Assembly (NCBI GenBank): GCA_003247225.1
Contig: QKAK01000028.1
Coordinates: 7,289 to 71,288, forward strand
Origin: Spirochaetota bacterium
Lineage (GTDB): Bacteria > Spirochaetota > Spirochaetia > Treponematales > UBA12059
Length of the DNA stretch: 64,000 bases
Reading direction: 5' to 3'
In this document: one piece after another, positions 17,880 to 27,405 of the stretch
Layout of the letters: each line of letters begins with the position of its first letter
Numbering within the stretch: the stretch's first letter is position 1
The notes under the pieces: model-generated
Databases searched by the model: none
What the model was told of the DNA's origin: nothing
The model's input: the letters and a program-made list of their open reading frames with translations, nothing else
Program-made: the position numbers and the translations under genes

Positions 17880-19892
17880 ATGCACCTCGACTACGAGGCG
17901 GAGCTCAACCCGGAGCAGTACGCCGCCGTCACGACGATAGAGGGCCCGGTCCTGATCATAGCCGGCGCCGGCTCGGGCAAGACCCGCGTGATCACCTACC
18001 GCGCCGCGTACATGCTCGAGAAGGGCGTGCCGCAGTCGGCCATCCTCGCCCTGACCTTCACGAACAAGGCTGCCAGGGAGATGTCCGAGCGCGTCCGCTC
18101 GGTGACCGGCAAGAAGCTCCAGAACCTGACGGTCAGCACCTTCCACTCGTTCGGCGTCAAGATACTGCGCAAGGAGATCCACCGCCTCGGCTGGCGCGAC
18201 AACTTCTCGATCTACGACGAGGTGGACAGGAACCAGCTGATCAAGGACTGCGCCCGCGAGGTCGGCTTCAAGGCGGACGCGTTCGACGCCCAGAAGGCCG
18301 GCATGGTGTTCTCCGACGTCAAGACCGGGCGGAAGAACTGGGAAGGCGTCGACGACGGCTACGAGAAGGTCTACGACGAGTACCAGGCCGCCCTCAAGGC
18401 CTACAACGCGGTCGACTTCGACGACCTGATCGGACTGCCGATCGCGGTGTTCGAGCGCTTCGAGGACGCGCGCGAGGCCTACCGCGACCATTACCGCTAC
18501 ATCATGATAGACGAGTTCCAGGACACGAGCATCCAGCAGTACCGGCTGATGCGGCTCCTGTCGCGCGACAATATCTGCGTGGTGGGCGACGACGACCAGT
18601 CGATCTACTCGTGGCGCGGCGCCAACTTCGAGAACATCACCAACTTCGAGCGCGACTGGCCCGAGCGCAGGGAGATAACGCTCTACCGCAACTACCGCTC
18701 GACGACGACCATCCTCGACGCCGCCAACAGCGTGATCCAGAACAACACGAACCGTAAGGAGAAGGACCTCGAGAGCCCCCACGAGGGCGGCGCGATGATA
18801 GAGGTCTACGCCCCGGAGAGCGAGATCGAGGAGGGCGAGTTCATAGCCCGGGCGATCAAGGAGATCAAGCTCAAGGAGAAGCTCAAGTACGACCAGTTCG
18901 GCGTGCTGATGCGCACGAACAACCTGTCCCGGCACCTCGAGGAGGCCTTCCTGGCGGCCGACCTGCCGTACAAGGTCTCGGGCGGCACCAGCTTCTTCCA
19001 GCGCAAGGAGATCAAGGACGTCATCTCGTACCTGCGCGTGATAGCCAACCCGGACGACGACGTCAACCTGATACGCATAGCCAACGTGCCGAGGCGCGGC
19101 ATAGGCCGGCGAGCGATGGAGCTGCTCGCCGACATCGGCAAGCGGCACGGCCGCTCGATACGCGGCGCGATGCAGCTCGTGCGCAGCGACCACCAGATAG
19201 ACTTCCCCGAGCGGCTCAGGCAGGACATCGACTCGTTCCTGACGCTGCTCGAGTACGAGCGCGAGGAGCTCCTGGGCCGCCGTAACCTCGGCGCCAAGGT
19301 CCGCAAGCTCGTCGACACCATCGACTACTGGGGCTACCTCGTCTCCGAGAACCAGCATAACGACAAGGCCGCCAAGTGGAAGTTCCTCAACGTCGAGAGC
19401 CTTATCAAGGGCATCGAGACCTGGGAGAAGGACCCGGATAACCTCGACCCGAGCCTGTTCGCGTGGCTGAACCGCATCTCGCTGATCACCCGCGACGACC
19501 AGGAGGAGGACGACTCCGGCAAGGTCAACCTGATGACCATCCACGCGGCCAAGGGGCTCGAGTTCGACGTCGTGTTCGTCGCCGGCTGCGAGGACGGCCT
19601 CATCCCGCACGCGCGCTCGCTCGAGGAGGGCGAGGGCAACGTCGAGGAGGAGCGGCGGCTGTTCTACGTCGCCATCACGCGGGCCCGCAAGCGACTGCTC
19701 CTGACCGCCTGCAAGCGGCGGCGCCGCAACTCGATGCCGGTCGACTGCGTGCCGTCCCCCTTCCTCGCCGAGATCCCGGAGGAGCTGCTCTGCTGGCGCG
19801 AGGAGGAGGAGCCGCTGACCGAGGACGAGCAGGCGGACGTCTGGGCGAGCGTTCACAGGATGTTCGCGCCGCCCGAGGAAGACGCGTCGTAG
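17880..19892 (+). CDS. pcrA: UvrD/PcrA-family ATP-dependent DNA helicase
   Basis: LNPEQYAAV...AGAGSGKTRVITYR, DEFQDTS, VGDDDQSIYSWRGA, TIHAAKGLEFDVVF, EEERRLFYVAITRA. Confidence 0.9.
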   Translation: MHLDYEAELNPEQYAAVTTIEGPVLIIAGAGSGKTRVITYRAAYMLEKGVPQSAILALTFTNKAAREMSERVRSVTGKKLQNLTVSTFHSFGVKILRKEIHRLGWRDNFSIYDEVDRNQLIKDCAREVGFKADAFDAQKAGMVFSDVKTGRKNWEGVDDGYEKVYDEYQAALKAYNAVDFDDLIGLPIAVFERFEDAREAYRDHYRYIMIDEFQDTSIQQYRLMRLLSRDNICVVGDDDQSIYSWRGANFENITNFERDWPERREITLYRNYRSTTTILDAANSVIQNNTNRKEKDLESPHEGGAMIEVYAPESEIEEGEFIARAIKEIKLKEKLKYDQFGVLMRTNNLSRHLEEAFLAADLPYKVSGGTSFFQRKEIKDVISYLRVIANPDDDVNLIRIANVPRRGIGRRAMELLADIGKRHGRSIRGAMQLVRSDHQIDFPERLRQDIDSFLTLLEYEREELLGRRNLGAKVRKLVDTIDYWGYLVSENQHNDKAAKWKFLNVESLIKGIETWEKDPDNLDPSLFAWLNRISLITRDDQEEDDSGKVNLMTIHAAKGLEFDVVFVAGCEDGLIPHARSLEEGEGNVEEERRLFYVAITRARKRLLLTACKRRRRNSMPVDCVPSPFLAEIPEELLCWREEEEPLTEDEQADVWASVHRMFAPPEEDAS

Positions 19893-19966
19893 AGGGGCCG
19901 CCCGCCCGCGGACGGGACCGGTCGGCCGCTCGCGCGGCCCGCCGGGCTATCCGGGGACGGACCCCG

Positions 19967-20335
19967 TCAGGCGCCTACGCCGAAGACGACGCCAGACAGG
20001 TACGGCACGAGCCAGGCCGCCCAGACCGCCAGGCTGAGCCGGTGGAAGCCCGCGATCGCCTTCTCGTCCTTTCGTACCAGCACGACGGTCGCCCATACGG
20101 CGTGGGCCGCCATCAGCGCGATCGCCAGCGCCCCCGTGACGCCGTGGAAATCCAGCCTGAACGCCGACCCGGCGATCCGGCCCATCGCCGCCGTCCCCGC
20201 GGTATCGCAGGCGAACCCGGCCCAGAAGAAGGCTAGCCAACGCGGCTGGAGCCTCCCCGATAATTTTTCCCCCCATACGCCTATCGAATAGAACGCCAGG
20301 GCTCCCGTGATCAGGGCTATCGCCGCTATAAGCAT
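19967..20335 (-). CDS. small integral membrane protein (4 predicted TM)
   Basis: 122 aa, hydrophobic throughout. It lies 19 nt downstream of marR on the same strand. Confidence 0.55.
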   Translation of the reverse strand: MLIAAIALITGALAFYSIGVWGEKLSGRLQPRWLAFFWAGFACDTAGTAAMGRIAGSAFRLDFHGVTGALAIALMAAHAVWATVVLVRKDEKAIAGFHRLSLAVWAAWLVPYLSGVVFGVGA

Positions 20336-20354
20336 GTCGTACCTTCCTTCCGTA

Positions 20355-20882
20355 TCATTCGTCGCCGTGAGTACCGTCGTCGCCGTGAGTACCGTCGTCG
20401 CCGGCTCCTCGAGCGGAGTTCACGTTGGTTAGCGCTCCGACGGCCGCGCCGAGCGCCCGCTCGAGCAGGGCCAGGTCCGTTCCGGCCAGGTCCGAGAACG
20501 CCGCGCCTAGGGCCGCGCCGACCGTCGAGCGTATCTCCGCGAGCCGCTCCCCGGCTTCCGGGGCGAATCCGACGCGCACCTCCCTGCGGTCGCCGTCGGG
20601 ATTCCTCCTCCGCTCGACTAGGCCCTTCGCCTCGAGCCGGTCGACGAGGCCGACCGCGGTCGGCTTGCTCACGTACAGCTCGCGAGCGACGTCGCCGACC
20701 GTCATATCCCCCGCGTGGGCCAGCGCCTTGACGAGCAGCAGCTGCGGCAGGGTGAGTCCCGTAGGCGCCAGGCTCTCGCCGATCCGCGAGGTGAGCGCCG
20801 CGTTCAGCTCCCTGACGAGCGCGGCCACGCGGTATACGGCGCTACCGGGCCCGTCATCGGTTAGCTCACTAATGATTAACAT
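20355..20882 (-). CDS. MarR-family transcriptional regulator
   Basis: Winged-helix core LTLPQLLLVKALAHAGDMTVGDVARELYVSKPTAVGLVDRLEAKGLVERRRNPDGDRREV. The C-terminus carries a GDDGTH repeat. Confidence 0.85.
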   Translation of the reverse strand: MLIISELTDDGPGSAVYRVAALVRELNAALTSRIGESLAPTGLTLPQLLLVKALAHAGDMTVGDVARELYVSKPTAVGLVDRLEAKGLVERRRNPDGDRREVRVGFAPEAGERLAEIRSTVGAALGAAFSDLAGTDLALLERALGAAVGALTNVNSARGAGDDGTHGDDGTHGDE

Positions 20883-20888
20883 GCTAAC

Positions 20889-20918
20889 TATATACCGCGT
20901 TTAACCGTCTCGCGTCAA
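20889..20918 (-). promoter_or_regulatory. putative marR promoter (leaderless)
   Basis: On the minus strand: TTGACG (20918..20913), 18 nt, TATATA (20894..20889), then 6 nt to ATG 20882. Confidence 0.4.
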
Positions 20919-21121
20919 GGGGCGTCCGTTGGGCGCCGCTGCCGCTCGTAGGCCCGAGCGGATCCCGGAACCGGACGTGATTGTTAGCTATGAAGAGCGT
21001 GACATGATCGACATGATACGGCCCGGCCTCCCGATGCTCATTTTCGGAAGTCGGTCGCCCTATGCCTGATTCTTGCTTTTTCTCCCTCTCGCCTCATATG
21101 CTCGTATCCTCTTCGTCGCCT

Positions 21122-22051
21122 TCACTCAGCATCCCTGATCAGCGTCCAGGTCAGTTCGTGCTTGTTGTGCCAGAGGTGCGTCACGCGGGAGCCGGGTATA
21201 GCGGCGAAGCGGGCGACCGTCTGGCGGTCCCACTCGGCGCCCTGCATCTTGATCGTGCAGACGAAGTTGCGCGCCAGGCCCGAGTCGAGCCACAGCGACA
21301 CCCAGTCGTACAGGGCCGGCGGGTAGCAGATCACGTCGGAGCAGAACCAGTCGACCGGGCCGATGTCCTCGGGCTTGATCGTGAACGCGTTATGCTTGAT
21401 GAAGCTGACGCCGGGCATCGCGGCGACGCGGTCGTCGATCGGCGCGCGGTCTATGGCGACGACCTCGGCGCCGAGGCCGGCGAGGGCCCAGGTCCAGCCT
21501 CCGGGGCAGGCGCCCGCGTCGACGCAGCGCCGTCCGGGGCCCGGCATCGCTCCGGCCGAGACGAGGGCCTCCCATAGCTTGCGGTAGGCGCGGCTCGGCG
21601 GGCCCTCCCTGTCCTCGGCGAAGTCGAGGCGGCCGTTCGGCCACGGGCTCGAGCAGGCGGCCGATGCGAGCAGGGTATGCTCGTCGAGCAGCGTGAACGC
21701 GCCCATCGGCGCGTTCGGCGCCGAGAACGGGAAGGCCTTGGGCTTGGACGGCAGCGGCGGCAGGGCGGCGGCTATCAGCTCGCCTCGCCTGGCGTTGCGG
21801 GTCGGGTAGTGGGCCCAGTTGCGCTGCATGCCCTTGAGGAGGCGGGCCGCGTCCGAGATCGAGCCGAATTCGGCGGTGAACGGCTCCTTCCAGACGTTCC
21901 TCGTCCAGTAGGCCGTCCGTTCCTCGCCCATGACGGTCAGGAGGTCGCCGTCGCGGCGATACGGTTCGGGCAGCTCGCCTTCGAGATGGGCCATGAATCC
22001 GGGCGCCGCGTGGTAGCAGGCGGCGTCTAGGCGCTTAATCGTATCGCTCAT
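21122..22051 (-). CDS. rlmM: 23S rRNA 2'-O-ribose C2498 methyltransferase RlmM-like (FtsJ fold)
   Basis: PSRAYRKLWEAL, SAM motif DAGACPGGWTWAL, WFCSDVICYP. It has an ATGA overlap with the upstream 973-aa gene. Confidence 0.7.
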   Translation of the reverse strand: MSDTIKRLDAACYHAAPGFMAHLEGELPEPYRRDGDLLTVMGEERTAYWTRNVWKEPFTAEFGSISDAARLLKGMQRNWAHYPTRNARRGELIAAALPPLPSKPKAFPFSAPNAPMGAFTLLDEHTLLASAACSSPWPNGRLDFAEDREGPPSRAYRKLWEALVSAGAMPGPGRRCVDAGACPGGWTWALAGLGAEVVAIDRAPIDDRVAAMPGVSFIKHNAFTIKPEDIGPVDWFCSDVICYPPALYDWVSLWLDSGLARNFVCTIKMQGAEWDRQTVARFAAIPGSRVTHLWHNKHELTWTLIRDAE

Positions 22052-24969
22052 ATGAATTTATGTAACCTCGCCGCCTCGAGCAGGCGCCTATTCCATATAT
22101 TCTTTTCCATATACAGCGCTCGTTGCGCCCTATCCTCGATGCGGCCGGCGCGCTGCTGGAGCAGCTTGAACGACCGCGACAGCACCGTCTGCTTATCCAC
22201 CGGCGGCGACGGCAGGCGCTCCTCGAGCAGGTAGCAGAAGAAGCCGTAGGTTCCCATGCCCGGATTATCGCCGGCGCCGCGCTCGGATCGCGTCAGCTCA
22301 TGGAGCTGGACGGCGCAGGCCGGATCCCGCTCGTCGAGGCCCCTGGCGAACAGCTCGAGCGAGGACCGCAGCTGCGACAGGGGCGCGTCAGCAGCCTCGA
22401 AACCGATGCTCCGCCCTTCGATCTCCGAGAGGAGGCACGACCAATCGAAGGTATCGGCCGGGTCGAAGGCGCGCAGGAGCGGTTCGTCCGGGGCCGCCAG
22501 CCAGGCCCGCGCCTCTCGCGGCCTGCCTCGCAGCAGCTCGAGCTCGCCTCGGAATACCATCGCCTCGGGGTCGGGGCGCGTCTCGTCGCCGAGCTCCGCC
22601 TCGAGGGCGACGGCGGCGGCGTCGTAGCTTCCGGCGTAGGCCAGGGCCCTGGCTCCCCATATCCTGGCGCGCCTCGCGGCTTCGCCCATGCCGTACGCCG
22701 CGGCCGTCTCGGCCAGCGCCCCGAAGCGCCTGGCCGCCTCGTCGTAGGCGCCGAGCTCCAGGTCTATCCTGCCGCGCAGCGACTCGACGGCCGCCTTGGC
22801 GTCCATCCTGAACAGCCGCGACGACGACTCCTCGGCGTGCCGCAGTACCTTGAGCGACCGGCCGATGGCGCCGGAGAGGAAGTCGACGACGGCCTTGGCG
22901 TAGGCGGCCATCATGCGCTCGTACTCGATGCCGGCGCTCTCAGAAAGCTCCTGGGCGTTCGTCAGGTAGTCGGCCGCCTCGGTATGCCGGCCGAGCGCCA
23001 AGGAGGCCAGGCCCATCAGTCGCTGGCTCCTGGCCTCGAGCCTCGGGGGAGCGCCCTTGCCGAGGGCGAGCATCGCCTCCCTGGCGCCTTTCGACGCGCG
23101 CTCGGCGTCGCCCTGGGCGTAGGCCAGCTCGGCCTTGACGAGCGCCTTCATCGCCTGGGCCCGCGGGCCGGAAAGGCGTTCGTCGGCCGAGGCCGCGGCC
23201 GCCTCGCTGGCGTCCCGGTCGCGGGCGACGAGGGCCGTCCAGAATCGATTGACGGCCGCCGACGATGGCGACAGGAACGAAGGATCGTCGGCGGCCGGCT
23301 TGTCCGGCCTCATCGCGTCCTCGAATAGGCAGTCGCAGATCAGGCGCTCGTCGTCCTGGCGCTCGCCGACCCGGCGGAGGAAGCCGAGGCTGGCCCGGAT
23401 ACGGCCCGAGCGATAGAGACCGACCAGGTAGCGCGATAGGCCGTCCCTCAGCGCTTCGGCCACGTCGTCCCCGATGACGCCCGCCAGCTCGTCGGCCGAT
23501 AGCGGTTCCACCGGCGTCCTCGGGTCGAACGGGTCGACGAGGCCGGCCTGGACGAGCAGGCGGCGCAGGACGGCGGCGCCCGCCCGCCCGAGCCCGAGCC
23601 CGCCGACGAAGTCGGCTAGCTCGTCCTCGGAAAGCTCGTTCTCGGCGATGACGATCGTGTACAGGTAGACGAAGGCCTCCATCGGCAGGAGCTCGAGCAG
23701 GCCCGCTAGCCCGGCGCCCGGGCGGCCTCGCCGGGCGCCGTCCCATCCGGACACCGCGCCGAAGCGCTCGGCCAGCGCGTCGCGCGTAGCGCCCTCGGTC
23801 GAGCCGAGCGCGAGGGACAGGGCGCGAGGCCTGTCGTCGGCGTCGGCGAGGCCGTCCGGCACCTTGGCGGCCCATGAGCCTATCCAGCGCTCGAGCGGGC
23901 CGCCCGACGAAATGGACAGGTACCGCTCGTCGCCGCGGCCCGACTCGAGCCTGGACGCTATCAGCTCGCGGGCCTCGGGAGAGAAGCGCTCGGGAGCGTC
24001 GCAGGCGACGACGCCGCCCGACGCGCCGAACGCGTCGAGCCAGGAACCTATGAACGCGGCGCATCCCGTGGCTACCGACGCCGGCGCGGCGGCCGAGAAC
24101 GAGGACGCCTCGACGAAGCGGAAGGCCATGGCGTCGTCGCCGCGCAGTAGCGCGTCGTCGCCGCGATCCGGAGCGCCGTCGGCGTCGCGGCAACGAGCCA
24201 TGATCGCCTCGATCAGCGGGGAGAACGGTATGGGCCGAAGCCTGGCGCCGCAGAGCATCAGCGCGCGCTCGGGCGGCAATCCCATGTCCGCGGCTATCGC
24301 GTCGATCGACCGGACGCTCGAGCCGGCGTCGAGGTGGACGAGCCTCGGGCCGTGCCTCGACGACCTGCCTATCGCCTTGGAGAGCGTCGCCGCGAGCCTG
24401 GGCCTGTCGAACAGGCGGACGGCGTCGGCGTCGGCCATCATGCCGACGTGGAGCGGCCGCCGCCAGGCGCCGTCGCCGTCGGGGAAATAAGCCTCGAGGC
24501 GGGCCGCCGCCCCCGGGCTGAGCGTCTTCGAGTACGCCGCATGGTCGCGATAGCGCGCCGCGGCGGAGAAGGCTACGGCGTCGTCGGCCGACGCGCCTTC
24601 GTAGACGGCCAGGCTCGCCCCGCGCAGGGCCGGCTCGCGCGCCGTCAGCGACTCGACCGTCCTATGCATGGCCTCGACGGCCTGGATGCCGTCGAATAGG
24701 CCGCCGGACGGAAACGCGACGACGACGGGGTCCTTCCTGGAGCCGACGGCGCCGCCGAATTCGGCCGCCGTAGACCTGACCTCGTCCAGGAAGGCCGTGG
24801 CCTCGCGCACGCCGGTACGCTCGAGCTGAGACAGGTAATCGATGTAGATGCAGCAGTACATCATGGCGCGGACGTCCCCCGTGCGTTTTTCTCTCAGGCG
24901 AGTATAGTCCATGCGGGGCCGATCGGGAAGCGGGAGCCGTCGGTCCGCGACGGTCAAGGCGCTCGCCAT
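22048..24969 (-). CDS. large TPR-like repeat signalling protein with degenerate N-terminal region
   Basis: 973 aa. The C-terminal half (roughly 450 aa) consists of helical Ala/Leu-rich TPR-like repeats. No Walker A (GxxxxGK[ST]) is found anywhere in the protein. Confidence 0.5.
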   Translation of the reverse strand: MASALTVADRRLPLPDRPRMDYTRLREKRTGDVRAMMYCCIYIDYLSQLERTGVREATAFLDEVRSTAAEFGGAVGSRKDPVVVAFPSGGLFDGIQAVEAMHRTVESLTAREPALRGASLAVYEGASADDAVAFSAAARYRDHAAYSKTLSPGAAARLEAYFPDGDGAWRRPLHVGMMADADAVRLFDRPRLAATLSKAIGRSSRHGPRLVHLDAGSSVRSIDAIAADMGLPPERALMLCGARLRPIPFSPLIEAIMARCRDADGAPDRGDDALLRGDDAMAFRFVEASSFSAAAPASVATGCAAFIGSWLDAFGASGGVVACDAPERFSPEARELIASRLESGRGDERYLSISSGGPLERWIGSWAAKVPDGLADADDRPRALSLALGSTEGATRDALAERFGAVSGWDGARRGRPGAGLAGLLELLPMEAFVYLYTIVIAENELSEDELADFVGGLGLGRAGAAVLRRLLVQAGLVDPFDPRTPVEPLSADELAGVIGDDVAEALRDGLSRYLVGLYRSGRIRASLGFLRRVGERQDDERLICDCLFEDAMRPDKPAADDPSFLSPSSAAVNRFWTALVARDRDASEAAAASADERLSGPRAQAMKALVKAELAYAQGDAERASKGAREAMLALGKGAPPRLEARSQRLMGLASLALGRHTEAADYLTNAQELSESAGIEYERMMAAYAKAVVDFLSGAIGRSLKVLRHAEESSSRLFRMDAKAAVESLRGRIDLELGAYDEAARRFGALAETAAAYGMGEAARRARIWGARALAYAGSYDAAAVALEAELGDETRPDPEAMVFRGELELLRGRPREARAWLAAPDEPLLRAFDPADTFDWSCLLSEIEGRSIGFEAADAPLSQLRSSLELFARGLDERDPACAVQLHELTRSERGAGDNPGMGTYGFFCYLLEERLPSPPVDKQTVLSRSFKLLQQRAGRIEDRAQRALYMEKNIWNRRLLEAARLHKFI

Positions 24970-25074
24970 ACCTTTTCGCTTGACGATATTTTTTTGGCTA
25001 TGCTACACTTGCGCCCTAGCGGGTACGAGCGGTCCCGCGACCTTTCGGTCCGAGCATAACCTCAAGGGAATCCT

Positions 25075-27042
25075 ATGACTATCAATACGTTCAGCCAGGT
25101 TATCATGTCGCCGCTCCTGTCCCGGCTATCCGTGCTGGCGTGCGCCGCGGCGCTGTTCTTCTCGCTCCGCAAGAAGGACGCCGAGGGTCGGTCCGGCTCG
25201 TTCCTGGTCATCATCGCCGTGCTCGTCGTCAGGGACGCCTTCCTGGCCTTCGTCGAGCTGCCCGGCGCGCCGTACCTGAGCGACCTCCTCTATCTCAGCC
25301 TCGCGGCGTTCATGGTCATGGCGCCGTTCGAGCGCTCGCGGCTCCTGCTGGCCGCGACCATGGCCGTCAACGCGGCGGCGGTCGGGCTGTACGTCGCGTA
25401 CGCCTACGCGGGACTCCTCCCGTCGTTCCCGGCCGTCGCCTTCCCGCTCGTGCCGATGGCCGACGCGCTGCTCGTCGCGGCGTCGGGCGCCGTGAACGCC
25501 TCCGACCGCGGCGACGGCGCCAGGCGGCTGATGGGCGAGACCTGGCCGGTCGTCTTCGCGTGCCTCGGCGCCTACGCGGCCGCCGCCTTCTTGCTCGGCT
25601 ACGGGTCCGCGGCGTTCGGCCGGCTCGTGGCGCCGGCGTCGTACGCGTGGCTGCTCGTCGTCGCCCTCGTCGACCTGCGCGACCACGACGCCGAGACGAT
25701 CGAGGCGATTTCGTACTACGAGGAATCGATAGACTCGCTATACAACCTGACCTTCCGCGTCGGCGCCGTGCTCAAGGGCAGCTTCACGACCGAGGACGTG
25801 CTCGGCGGCATGAACGAGGTCATGATGGCCGAGACCGGGGCCGACGGCGGCACGATCTACCTGGTCGACGAATTCGACGACATCATCGTCGCCAAGGCCT
25901 ACGCCGGCGCGTTCCCGCCGCCGTTCCCGTTGCCCGAGAGCCTGCCGCGCAAGCAGAACCGCGTCGAGTCGTACCTGAAGCACGCGCAGTTCAGGCTCGG
26001 CGAGACCGTGCTCGGCGACGTGGCCAAGACCGGCAAGAACGTCTACTCGCCCGATACGGCCCGCGACCCGCGCTTCGCCGCGCTCAGGGCCGAGGGCGCC
26101 GACATGAACGAGGATTTCCTCAGGCTGTCGTCGTTCATGGCGGTGCCGCTGATGGTCGAGGACAAGATCATAGGCGTCTCGGCCGTCTCGAAGGTCAAGC
26201 CCGGCGATCAGTTCGACGAGGCGGCCTTCGACCGCTTCAAGCTGCTGGCGAACTTCGGCACCCTGGCGGTCAGCAACTTCTTCTCGTTCCTCGCCGCCAA
26301 CGAGCGTAGCGCGATAGAGCGCTCCGCCGGCATTGCGGCCGAGATCCAGAGCACCATCATACCGAAGAAGCTGCCGCAGTTCCCGTCGCTGGCGATCGGC
26401 GCGTTCACCTCGCCGGCCCGCGGCGTGTACGGCGACTACTACGACGTGCTGCGCACCCGCGAGGACAGGGTGGTCGGCGTCATCGGCGACGTCGCCGGCA
26501 AGGGCGTCCAGGCGGCCCTCGTCATGGTGATGATACGCGCGATACTCCACCTGATAACGAACACGAACAAGGACATAGCGACCGTCCTCGACTGGGTCAA
26601 CCGCGGCATCACCGGCAAGATCGACATGGACCACTACGCGACGCTCGCTATCGTCGCGCTCAACGTCGCCACCGGCGAGCTCGAGTACGCCAACGCGGCC
26701 CACCAGCCGCTGCTCGTGTACCGCCGGGCGACCGACACGATCGAGACCATAGAGACGAAGAGCGTGCCGATCGGCGTGGAGCGGGCCAACGAGTACAGGC
26801 GCAAGGCCCTCAGGCTCTACGACGGCGATATCGCCGTGCTGTACACCGACGGCATCGTCGAGGCGATGAACGAGCAGGGCAAGCAGTTCGGGCGCAAGAG
26901 CCTCGGCCAGGCCGTGGCCAGGAACCGCGACCTGGCGCCCAAGGATATAGCGGGTAAGATACGGTCGGAGCTGTCGGCGTTCATCGGCGGAGCCAGGCAG
27001 CACGACGACCAGACGATACTCGTATTCAAGATGAAACTATAG
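25075..27042 (+). CDS. membrane-bound GAF-domain PP2C (SpoIIE/RsbU-type) serine phosphatase
   Basis: An N-terminal multi-TM region of about 200 aa is followed by a GAF-like segment. The C-terminal PP2C domain shows GDYYDV...GDVAGKGVQAALVM...LYTDGIVEA...QHDDQTILVFK. Confidence 0.85.
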   Translation: MTINTFSQVIMSPLLSRLSVLACAAALFFSLRKKDAEGRSGSFLVIIAVLVVRDAFLAFVELPGAPYLSDLLYLSLAAFMVMAPFERSRLLLAATMAVNAAAVGLYVAYAYAGLLPSFPAVAFPLVPMADALLVAASGAVNASDRGDGARRLMGETWPVVFACLGAYAAAAFLLGYGSAAFGRLVAPASYAWLLVVALVDLRDHDAETIEAISYYEESIDSLYNLTFRVGAVLKGSFTTEDVLGGMNEVMMAETGADGGTIYLVDEFDDIIVAKAYAGAFPPPFPLPESLPRKQNRVESYLKHAQFRLGETVLGDVAKTGKNVYSPDTARDPRFAALRAEGADMNEDFLRLSSFMAVPLMVEDKIIGVSAVSKVKPGDQFDEAAFDRFKLLANFGTLAVSNFFSFLAANERSAIERSAGIAAEIQSTIIPKKLPQFPSLAIGAFTSPARGVYGDYYDVLRTREDRVVGVIGDVAGKGVQAALVMVMIRAILHLITNTNKDIATVLDWVNRGITGKIDMDHYATLAIVALNVATGELEYANAAHQPLLVYRRATDTIETIETKSVPIGVERANEYRRKALRLYDGDIAVLYTDGIVEAMNEQGKQFGRKSLGQAVARNRDLAPKDIAGKIRSELSAFIGGARQHDDQTILVFKMKL

Positions 27043-27057
27043 GGGAGGGGCCGACGC

Positions 27058-27396
27058 ATGGAGCTCAAGATCCGTAAGAACGGCAATAATTATATTATTG
27101 ACGTCAACGGGGAGATGGATCTTTACAACTCGTACAAGCTCAAGGAGCTCGTCATGAAGATGCTCGAGAAGAAGGTCGAGCGCTTTATCATCAACCTGGA
27201 GAACGTGGACTACATAGACTCGAGCGGGATCGGGGCCCTCATCTATATCTGCTCTACCATCAAGAAGATGAGCCTGAAGCTGATCATCACCAACATCCAC
27301 GGCTCGGTCAAGAAGGTTATCGAGCTGACCAAGCTGATGGGTTACTTCCCGATCACGAACAGCATCGAGGAAGCCATCCTGCAGATGGAAGACTAG
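27058..27396 (+). CDS. STAS-domain anti-sigma-factor antagonist (RsbV/SpoIIAA-like)
   Basis: 112 aa. VDYIDSSGIGALI carries the conserved phosphorylatable Ser. Confidence 0.9.
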   Translation: MELKIRKNGNNYIIDVNGEMDLYNSYKLKELVMKMLEKKVERFIINLENVDYIDSSGIGALIYICSTIKKMSLKLIITNIHGSVKKVIELTKLMGYFPITNSIEEAILQMED

Positions 27397-27405
27397 GAGG
27401 GCGGC

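Noticed and set aside
17868-19856. 662-aa ORF antisense to pcrA/uvrD.
   Set aside because: Low-complexity Leu/Val/Arg/Asp-rich shadow frame. The plus-strand frame has the complete UvrD motif set.
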